Source of the DNA: an uncultured virus (IMG/VR IMGVR_UViG_3300013105_000023)
Taxonomy: Duplodnaviria > Heunggongvirae > Uroviricota > Caudoviricetes
IMG/VR virus record: IMGVR_UViG_3300013105_000023
Length of the DNA stretch: 64,000 nt
Strand: one strand, 5' to 3'
Below are positions 39,954-47,238 of the stretch, piece by piece; position 1 is the stretch's first letter; the number at the start of each line of letters is the position of its first letter. Position numbers and translations under genes: made by a program. The notes beneath the pieces are model-generated. The model did no database searches, was not told where the DNA came from, and was given only the letters and a program-made list of their open reading frames with translations.

Positions 39954-40880
39954 ATGTCACTGACAACTGAAGAAATTATTGGAGGGATGCACCGAGCACA
40001 CCGTGCCGGACAGTCCTTCGCTGCACTGATGGCGAACCCCCTCTTTGCAAACCTCCCACTGGATCAGAAACAAAAAGTCCTCGGTGGTCTGCACACTCAC
40101 ATTGCCGGAGAGTCACCATCGACGGCCGGTGCCATTGCGACCCTGCTGAAAGGCATGGCCGGTGGTGCAGCATCGGCGATCCCGGTAGGCATTGCGATCC
40201 CACTGGGAATGGAACTGGCGGAAGACGGAACTAAGCGTTCGGTCCTCGAAGCTTTGAAGATGGCGGCTGGCAACAAGAAAGTCAAAATGCTCGTCGGTAC
40301 CGGTGCAGCAATTGGTGCAGCTGGTGGCTTAGCCCGCTCGGCCTTTAACCTGTACTCTGCCCGTCAGGATTCCAACAAGTTCAAAGCCGGACTGGCCGAA
40401 GCAGCCGAAGGCGGAGAAGGTTTAGCCGGGGCCCTGTTCGGAGCAATCGGTGGGCGTTCAGCCCCAAGCACCATCTCCACGGCATCGATCGCCAAGGAAC
40501 TCGGCAACGCCGCGGCACCTAACGTGATGGCTTCTGCCCGCCTGGGACACTTGAACTCCCTGGTGACCGACGCAGACACGGACGGCTACAACGCGGTCTA
40601 CCAGCGTGCCATGTCGAAAGCTCAACAGGGTTACCCGCTGTCTCCGTCTGGCTTGAATGCCGTAGCAGAACGCTTAACCGCTGTGCACCCTCGCTTCGCC
40701 GACATGCACAATCTGGTCTTAAACTCTCAGAGTGAACTGAACATTGATCCGAATGTTGCAACCGACGTCGCTGACGACATTGCCTCAGGACAAAATCAGA
40801 ACGCACAAAACGTAAATAACCTGAACGCACTGGCTGAGCTGGCGCTTCAACTACGAGACATTAAGAGAGGAAATACGTAA
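39954..40880 (+). CDS. Gly/Ala-rich protein, probable internal virion/ejection protein
   Basis: 308 aa with GxxxG hydrophobic segments; CTAAAATA upstream. Confidence 0.6.
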   Translation: MSLTTEEIIGGMHRAHRAGQSFAALMANPLFANLPLDQKQKVLGGLHTHIAGESPSTAGAIATLLKGMAGGAASAIPVGIAIPLGMELAEDGTKRSVLEALKMAAGNKKVKMLVGTGAAIGAAGGLARSAFNLYSARQDSNKFKAGLAEAAEGGEGLAGALFGAIGGRSAPSTISTASIAKELGNAAAPNVMASARLGHLNSLVTDADTDGYNAVYQRAMSKAQQGYPLSPSGLNAVAERLTAVHPRFADMHNLVLNSQSELNIDPNVATDVADDIASGQNQNAQNVNNLNALAELALQLRDIKRGNT

Positions 40881-41743
40881 TGTCACTTCATGCCCTTAAA
40901 AATGTCCTTGAGCTGGTTCCCGAGGCTTCTGGATTTATCAAACGTGCGTACGTGGAAGAAGACTTCCCTACCAAAGATCGGGATAGTACGGTAGCCTCCG
41001 CTCTGGAAATTAACTTCCTGACCAAAGTTGCTGGTCAGACCGTCGATTTCGACGACATGGCCCGTGTCAACAAGGCCGTCCGCTTGTACGGTGTCGGTGA
41101 AGAAGTCCGCCGCCTGTCTGGCCAGATGGAAAAGGCTGCCTCACAGCGTGCAGAAGATGCTCGCGGTGTGGAATACGAACTGCGTACCGCTGAAGCGATC
41201 ATCGAGTCCAAGTGCTCGGGCTTCATGGATATCGAGAAGGTTGCGAGCCAGTCTGCAGCCCTGTATGATAACTACGCCGATGAGATCCAATCACAGACCG
41301 TCCGTCTGTACGCCGGTGCAGGTAAGCTCAACAAAGAAGCTGCCCTGATGGCATTGGAAGCTCGTGCAAAAGTTACGGGTAGTCCGGAGTTTGTGAAGCT
41401 GGCGGGTGTATTCCGCGGCACCAACCCCGATGCCCTTACCGTCGAAGAAAACCGTGCACTGGCAAACGCCGTGGTTCACTTTGAGAAGAAAGCCGGGTAC
41501 CTCGGTGACTTCTACAAAGACGCTTTCTGGATCACCAAGGAAGCCATGGACCGTTCGATCACCGTTAACCTGGGTGCCAAGAGCGTCCCTGCGGTTAAGC
41601 TGCAAGGATTGCCAAAGGCTCAAATCCAGCAAATGATCGGTGACGACATTGCGGAATTGCTGTCCGGCGATCTGATGACGATGAAGCGTGGCGTGGAAGC
41701 CCTCCCGCTGCCTGAAAAACAACTACTCGCGAGAATGTGCTAA
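40880..41743 (+). CDS. KxA-motif-rich probable head protein
   Basis: About eight hydrophobic-x-K-x-A motifs. Confidence 0.6.
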   Translation: MSLHALKNVLELVPEASGFIKRAYVEEDFPTKDRDSTVASALEINFLTKVAGQTVDFDDMARVNKAVRLYGVGEEVRRLSGQMEKAASQRAEDARGVEYELRTAEAIIESKCSGFMDIEKVASQSAALYDNYADEIQSQTVRLYAGAGKLNKEAALMALEARAKVTGSPEFVKLAGVFRGTNPDALTVEENRALANAVVHFEKKAGYLGDFYKDAFWITKEAMDRSITVNLGAKSVPAVKLQGLPKAQIQQMIGDDIAELLSGDLMTMKRGVEALPLPEKQLLARMC

Positions 41744-42226
41744 ATGCTGAGCAAACTGAAAGCAACCCTGGATAAACGTTATGGCGCCGAGTGGCCACAC
41801 CTGGAGCTGGAAACCATCTCTCTGGACCTTGGTGTTGTACTGACGCCGGTGATGCTTTCACAGCTCACCATTCTGCGTGCGGTGGGTGACCATCCGCATA
41901 TGTTTGAAAACGACGCGTCTTACTTCCTGCGTTTCGTAGAAGCGGCTAACGCCCACGTGGTCGACCCGACGGTGGCATACATGCCAAACGTGCTGGAGCT
42001 CGCGTGGGGTTTGATCGAGCTAAAAAGAATCCTGCCAGGCCTGGAGTATTCGAATGCCATTCAGACCATCTGCCACTACATCCTGCAGGACGAAGGCTTC
42101 GGGTTTGCCCCGCCGCCGTTTGACTTCATCACCGCTCCTTTTGAAAACCAATGGGAAAGCGATGAGCAGAAAGTCGACCGGGCCAAGGCTATCCGCCTGT
42201 ACGCCTTAGCGATGGAGAGAATGTAA
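41744..42226 (+). CDS. Hypothetical protein
   Basis: 160 aa, coupled to both neighbours. Confidence 0.65.
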   Translation: MLSKLKATLDKRYGAEWPHLELETISLDLGVVLTPVMLSQLTILRAVGDHPHMFENDASYFLRFVEAANAHVVDPTVAYMPNVLELAWGLIELKRILPGLEYSNAIQTICHYILQDEGFGFAPPPFDFITAPFENQWESDEQKVDRAKAIRLYALAMERM

Positions 42227-42459
42227 TGCCAACTCTTGATGATGTAATGGCCAAACTGGAAGATATCCATTCCGATGTAAAAAAGGGTCTGGACTTCCTG
42301 TCCGAACTGCAAGGAGCCGCAATGGGTTCCTGGCAGTGGGACAAGAAAGCCGGCATTCTCCGCATGTACAATACCGAAGGGACAGAGATCGGGATCTTCT
42401 CCGTTTCTGACTCGCCGGATAAAGCCATGCGGGAACGCCGTACAGACCTGGAATCTTAA
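42226..42459 (+). CDS. Hypothetical protein
   Basis: 77 aa; GGAG SD; its stop overlaps the stop of the convergent E1 gene. Confidence 0.6.
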   Translation: MPTLDDVMAKLEDIHSDVKKGLDFLSELQGAAMGSWQWDKKAGILRMYNTEGTEIGIFSVSDSPDKAMRERRTDLES

Positions 42460-43499
42460 CGGATACCCAGGATAGTAGCCATCTGCGGGGAAACTCTTTC
42501 GAGCGTACCCGCTTCAAGCATATCATTTACCGATTTCACAATCGGATCCCAGAACTCTTCCTGACTTGATCCATAGACCGAATTCATCGTACGCGTTGAT
42601 ACGGGATACGCACGGACGTCTTCGTCAGGTTCCAAACGATGGCGGTTACCGGTCAGCACGCCTTCAATCCAGTCACGATCCAGACGCGTCTGGTCGTTCC
42701 CGTTATGAATATCGTAGAACCAGGTTTCCACTTTGATTGGCATCATCATGTAAATGTTCTGAAAGACAGAGAACATCGACATCGCCATGACCGCATTCAC
42801 TGCTGCCGTTTGTTCCAGGTCCGCACAGGAAGCATCTGGGTCCCCCTGGTAGCCAGAGGAACGCAGGTACTCCGCCATTGGACACGGAATGTAAGGCAGA
42901 GGGATGTCGGCATTGGCCGCTTTCTGCACCAGACGGTTGAGGATATCCAGATCCGCATCGGTATCCCGACGGGACAGCACACGGGACGAATACACACGGG
43001 TTTGGCCGAAGGTGTTTTCGTTACCGGCATCCACGATCAGATGCTCAATACCCGAACGCAGCGTCGACATGAGGATCGATTGGATGATCTCAAAGCGGGC
43101 CTTCATGTTATCAACGCACAGGAAGATAGTTGACGGACGATCGGTTACCAGACGCTGGAAGTTTTGGGGCACGTGGTTGGAAAGCCAATGGGACCAGTTA
43201 TCCGAATCCCGGAAGTAGTGCGGGATGCACACAATCGGGAGTTCGAATGCTGCACCGTAACGTTCAGCCAGACATTCAGCCTTGTTACGACCCACGTCGT
43301 CCACGATGAAGTTCTGACGGGTGAGGTTTTTGACTTCCACCTCGTCGCCGTCGATGAGAGTCATGGTGGGGACCAGATCGTTCCACTGACCGCGGGACAT
43401 AATCTGGCCGAGCATTGGCAGTAGGCGGCCACCGGTGCCGCCACAGCCTACCACCACCACATTATTCATAATCTGACGGTTTTTGTAGGAAAACATCAT
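42456..43499 (-). CDS. ThiF/E1-like ubiquitin-activating enzyme (PRTRC ThiF-like)
   Basis: VVVGCGGTG, DGDEVEVKNLTRQNF, GRNKA, CVDNMKAR, DAGNENTFGQ; candidate catalytic Cys in DASCADL. Confidence 0.9.
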   Translation of the reverse strand: MMFSYKNRQIMNNVVVVGCGGTGGRLLPMLGQIMSRGQWNDLVPTMTLIDGDEVEVKNLTRQNFIVDDVGRNKAECLAERYGAAFELPIVCIPHYFRDSDNWSHWLSNHVPQNFQRLVTDRPSTIFLCVDNMKARFEIIQSILMSTLRSGIEHLIVDAGNENTFGQTRVYSSRVLSRRDTDADLDILNRLVQKAANADIPLPYIPCPMAEYLRSSGYQGDPDASCADLEQTAAVNAVMAMSMFSVFQNIYMMMPIKVETWFYDIHNGNDQTRLDRDWIEGVLTGNRHRLEPDEDVRAYPVSTRTMNSVYGSSQEEFWDPIVKSVNDMLEAGTLERVSPQMATILGIR

Positions 43500-44701
43500 G
43501 CACTCCGAATGTCGAAATCTTTATTTAAACGCTCGATAACTCTGCGAGCTTCGCTTGCCGTGTTTACCACGAAGATGCCTTCCTGGAAGAGGATTTCATC
43601 ATCAACAACCGCACTTGCCAGCTCTTTGGCAACCGCAGCGTTCATTTCATCATCTTCTTCGTTGTAGACAGAGTTCATGAGATCGGTGACGGCATCATCG
43701 AAAGGAATATCGTCGGCCAAACCCAGGCTCAGTAGGTTGCTTCGTCCGAACTCCGGATCCAGAAAGTCTAGCGCTTCAGATCGCGCGGCCCCCGTGCTCG
43801 CCGTGTTTCCTTCCGCGTCCTGTCCTTGAAATCGGGCATTCCAATTGTCAATACCCTCCTCCGCTTCCTGCTCATACTGGCTTAACGCGTTGTAGCCACT
43901 GCCGACACGTGAACCACCACCGAACACTTTTGAGCCAGCTCCGGTAGGATTGCGATAGTCGTACCGCGGCGCCGGTGCCGTATAGCGCTGCACTTGCACG
44001 TTTCCCATCCAGCCTTCCACTTCCGGAGATACCGACTTTTCCGGCGTTGCGAAGAAGTCCTCCATGTTAAGGTTATTCACCTTGTCTTTGTACGCGTTGA
44101 AGCGCCAGATGACTTTCGGTGAGTTGGTATCCAGACGGCCGGCAACACCGGAGATGCCTGCGTACGTCTTGTCATCGCTCTCATCGGTGCCAGAGAAGAA
44201 GGCATCCATGGAGTTGTGCGAGTGGATGTCGAGGATAACCTCTTCATCTTCCTTCACGTGAGACCAGTCGTACGTTACGCGGGCTTTAGAGACCTGCTGG
44301 GTTGGGATTGCCACACGGTAAGACTCAGTGGTTTTGTTCCACACGATGTGGGCCATGGCTTCGTAATCACCGTGACCAGTACCGCTCGGAGGAACCATCG
44401 CCATCACTTTCTTAAAGAACCCCAGGATATCCGTCAGCATCTGCACCGGAATCTTCTGGTTGTTCACCAGCGGGTTCAGGTAAGGCTTCAGCTTGGATGC
44501 ACCCAGTTTGATAGGCAGCTCACCGACTTTGACCAGTGAAGAACGACCGAGGGAGAATTCATTGTAGCGGTACACCACCCCATCTTTAGCCAGGATGTGG
44601 ACAATCGGATCTTGCAGGAAGTTGCCGCCTTCAAAGTAGGCATCTTCACTGACCAGGCAGTTCATAAAAGGGACCAGCTGCATTACGCCATTAGTGCTCA
44701 T
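43496..44701 (-). CDS. JAB/MPN+ metallo-isopeptidase (PRTRC protein A-like)
   Basis: Upstream Glu (YEAMA) and DIHSHNSMDAFFSGTD (HxH-x7-S-x2-D); long acidic C-terminal extension. Confidence 0.88.
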   Translation of the reverse strand: MSTNGVMQLVPFMNCLVSEDAYFEGGNFLQDPIVHILAKDGVVYRYNEFSLGRSSLVKVGELPIKLGASKLKPYLNPLVNNQKIPVQMLTDILGFFKKVMAMVPPSGTGHGDYEAMAHIVWNKTTESYRVAIPTQQVSKARVTYDWSHVKEDEEVILDIHSHNSMDAFFSGTDESDDKTYAGISGVAGRLDTNSPKVIWRFNAYKDKVNNLNMEDFFATPEKSVSPEVEGWMGNVQVQRYTAPAPRYDYRNPTGAGSKVFGGGSRVGSGYNALSQYEQEAEEGIDNWNARFQGQDAEGNTASTGAARSEALDFLDPEFGRSNLLSLGLADDIPFDDAVTDLMNSVYNEEDDEMNAAVAKELASAVVDDEILFQEGIFVVNTASEARRVIERLNKDFDIRSA

Positions 44702-45480
44702 TCGTCTTCTTCCTCTTCATCATCGTTATCGTTGTCATCTTCGTCCAGTTCATCTGGGCTCTCGGTGACGGCAGTTGGGTAACCTGGCAGAATCCCGAAC
44801 GGGAACGCCTCTTTGTCTTTCAGGTAGCTGAACAGCTGGCTTGGAGACCAGCCGTCACGGGTGCGGGTGCCCAGGTCGTCGTTGAACGGCGAGGCCAGCA
44901 GCACGTGGTGATACACTTCGTTCAGACCACGAAGATCGGTGTCATACAGCGTGCGGTAGGAGTTCGCACCGACGCACATGTTGCCGTCACCATACTGGTT
45001 CGGGAACGGCAGTGCCCACAGACGGTTACGGTGGTTCTGAGCATTGGTACCCCAATCGTCCAGACTCGGGACCTCATCCTCTTTGTAATCCGTGCAGAAC
45101 CACTTCACCTGCTCCAGGGTCCAGCGGTTGTTGTTACTGTTGTGATTGAGCTTGCAGAAGATCACCGTCGGCGGCACCGGGCAGCGATACGTACCTTTGC
45201 CCCCGCGGGAACGGTTCGGTGCGTACTGCAGGTCGGCGATACGCTCTGGGAAGTACAGCAGCAGTTGCAGCTCCGTGCGGGAGCTCTTCATGGCCACGGT
45301 TTCGCTCGGCAGACGGAACGAACGCGTAGGTTCACGTTCCTGAGCCGCTTCCCCAGAGACAACCCGATCAAGCTCAGCCTTGAAGTCACCCATCGAGATG
45401 TTTTTGAAGGCACCCTGACCGTTCGGGACGCGAACGTGGTTTTCATACAGGGTGATTTGGATTCCTGAATTGTTACTCAT
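44698..45480 (-). CDS. Prokaryotic E2-like conjugating enzyme (Prok-E2 family D/PRTRC protein B-like)
   Basis: LWALPFPNQYGDGNMCVG parallels the E2 HPN...G.(I)C motif; SPFNDDL; acidic tail. Confidence 0.8.
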   Translation of the reverse strand: MSNNSGIQITLYENHVRVPNGQGAFKNISMGDFKAELDRVVSGEAAQEREPTRSFRLPSETVAMKSSRTELQLLLYFPERIADLQYAPNRSRGGKGTYRCPVPPTVIFCKLNHNSNNNRWTLEQVKWFCTDYKEDEVPSLDDWGTNAQNHRNRLWALPFPNQYGDGNMCVGANSYRTLYDTDLRGLNEVYHHVLLASPFNDDLGTRTRDGWSPSQLFSYLKDKEAFPFGILPGYPTAVTESPDELDEDDNDNDDEEEEDE

Positions 45481-45722
45481 ACGTAGTTGATCCTCGTACG
45501 AATTGCGGTGTATGGCCCAAAGTTGAACTCCATTGGGTTACGGCGGCGGCCGCTGTCCGGTGGGTTACGGGTCGTACGGAAAGTGATGTTACGCAACATC
45601 ATCATGCGTTGAAGCGGGGTGGTTTCCGGATTCAGCAATTGACGCTGCAGTTCTGCCATGACGACGGGACCGCTAGCTACGATCTCGCGGGCGTTCTGGA
45701 GCCCTTGTAATAGATCTTGCAT
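45477..45722 (-). CDS. Hypothetical protein in the Ubl operon
   Basis: 81 aa; AGGAG SD; overlaps both neighbours. Confidence 0.6.
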   Translation of the reverse strand: MQDLLQGLQNAREIVASGPVVMAELQRQLLNPETTPLQRMMMLRNITFRTTRNPPDSGRRRNPMEFNFGPYTAIRTRINYV

Positions 45723-46678
45723 ACGGAGAATGCTCCTAACTGTTTGAGAACATGAACGAAAGTGTCGAGATACTCGGTGACCACCGGTGTGTAGTTCATA
45801 CTCTGAGCCTCTCTTGCACGCTGGTTCGGTTGAACCTCAGTCTCTACTCGAGTTAAGGGACTGAAAGCGTCATAGACGAAAGCTAAGGATACGACCAGAG
45901 CACGGTAGCGTGTTCCGCGGTGTTGGCGAATAACCCGGTCATCGACAACGGACCACGTTGGTTTAGTTGCCGCAGCAATCTCTTCCAAGTGATCGAATGT
46001 TTTCGGGCAATAGACCAGGCGGACACCATGACGAATGGCCATGCTGTCAATGTAGCGAAGGTAACGGCGGACCAGAGGCGTGTCTTCTAAGTACACGCTG
46101 TAGGTTCTGACGCGGTCGGCCGGGTGTGCAGTGGACAGAAGCGTGTGATACGTTCCGGTCTCTGCCTCGGTGTAGACCAGCTCGTCATCCTGGAAGTGGT
46201 TATAGTCGGCGGAAGCGATAGTGTTATCGTTCCCGTTGATATGCAGTAGCGTGCGGATCGGATGTTTGATATCCTTGTGCACGAACTGCATCATCAACTC
46301 GAGCATACCCTGAACGCTTTCACCGCCACGACGAGAGAATGCGGCCACGACCGAACGATTATCGTGCTGGACGTACGGAACCATTTTCTCTTTGAAGAGG
46401 GCCGAGTTCAACTGATCGGCAGCCGTGTTCAGGTAAGAGAACCAGTGGCCGAGAGTGTTCAGGTTAGAGGCGGTTTCCGCCCCGGCGATAGCCCCGAACG
46501 CGTCGTCGACGTCGGACTGTGGGTGTACGGTGCCGCTGGGATTGACTCGCGTTCCCAAACCCACCTGGCCCAGAGACTCGAGGACCAATGCAGCTCGATG
46601 GTCTTCGGGATCCATAGGTTGGATGGCCATGTTACGGAATATCGTGCCGGCGGCGGAGGTGAAAAGTAAGTGGGACAT
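45677..46678 (-). CDS. Hypothetical protein in the Ubl operon
   Basis: 333 aa; GGAGG SD. Confidence 0.7.
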   Translation of the reverse strand: MSHLLFTSAAGTIFRNMAIQPMDPEDHRAALVLESLGQVGLGTRVNPSGTVHPQSDVDDAFGAIAGAETASNLNTLGHWFSYLNTAADQLNSALFKEKMVPYVQHDNRSVVAAFSRRGGESVQGMLELMMQFVHKDIKHPIRTLLHINGNDNTIASADYNHFQDDELVYTEAETGTYHTLLSTAHPADRVRTYSVYLEDTPLVRRYLRYIDSMAIRHGVRLVYCPKTFDHLEEIAAATKPTWSVVDDRVIRQHRGTRYRALVVSLAFVYDAFSPLTRVETEVQPNQRAREAQSMNYTPVVTEYLDTFVHVLKQLGAFSVCKIYYKGSRTPARS

Positions 46679-46693
46679 AAATCCTCCAGTAAC

Positions 46694-46730
46694 TAAAAAA
46701 AGAAAAGGAGCCCGAAGGCTCCTCTTTTTA
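46694..46730 (-). terminator. Intrinsic terminator between the Ubl gene and the enzyme genes
   Basis: Minus strand reads AGGAGCC-TTCG-GGCTCCT followed by TTTCTTTTTTT. Confidence 0.8.
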
Positions 46731-46745
46731 GACTAAGCCTTTGGC

Positions 46746-47129
46746 TTAGCCTTTAGTACCGGTACGGCGGGTAAAGTAGATGTGACGTACGCCGTCAACT
46801 TCTTCTTCGCGAGCATCCATAGATGCAGTCTGGAAAGCTGAGTCGAACTGACGTGCTGCGTCATCTTTGCTGATGTCCATACCGTCCAGAGTACGCGGAT
46901 CGCGGCCCGGGATGTGAACTACAGTGGAGTTCGCGCCTTTGGTGCCGGTGCGGCGGGTAAAGTAAATGTTGCGAACGTTACCGACCACTTCTTCGCGAGC
47001 ATCCATAGATGCAGTCTGGAAAGCTGAGTCGAACTGACGTGCTGCGTCATCTTTGCTGATGTCCATACCGTCGAGGGTACGAGCGTCACGGCCAGGAATG
47101 TGAACAACGGTAGAAGTGATAGTCGACAT
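46746..47129 (-). CDS. Tandem di-ubiquitin-like protein (PRTRC protein C-like), 127 aa
   Basis: Two near-identical units of 65 and 62 aa, each ending YFTRRTGTKG; AAGGA SD before ATG 47129. Confidence 0.85.
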   Translation of the reverse strand: MSTITSTVVHIPGRDARTLDGMDISKDDAARQFDSAFQTASMDAREEVVGNVRNIYFTRRTGTKGANSTVVHIPGRDPRTLDGMDISKDDAARQFDSAFQTASMDAREEEVDGVRHIYFTRRTGTKG

Positions 47130-47190
47130 CGGGTGTTTCCTTGTAGTTAAAAGTTTAGTTTTTACGGTGGTAGTATTCTTCACCACAGTT

Positions 47191-47219
47191 ATTATACCAA
47201 CGTATTCTAAAATATTGAA
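47191..47219 (-). promoter_or_regulatory. Sigma70-like extended -10 promoter for the Ubl operon
   Basis: Minus strand reads TTCAAT-17 nt-TATAAT, with TGG immediately before the -10 box. Confidence 0.65.
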
Positions 47220-47238
47220 TACCTAATCGGAGAAATTT

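Noticed and set aside
42456..43499. ThiF/MoeB as a thiamine or molybdopterin biosynthesis gene
   Set aside because: No thiG, moaE or sulfur-relay genes are nearby, the MoeB CxxC zinc pairs are absent, the partner ends TKG instead of GG, and E2 and JAB genes are co-encoded.
42456..47129. CBASS type II (Cap2/Cap3) locus
   Set aside because: No CD-NTase or effector is recognisable, E1 and E2 are separate genes, and a dedicated Ubl is present.
47130..47186. 19-aa N-terminal extension of the Ubl ORF in the track (GTG start)
   Set aside because: It has no SD and lies only a few nt from the -10 box; ATG 47129 has an AAGGA SD and matches the repeat boundary.
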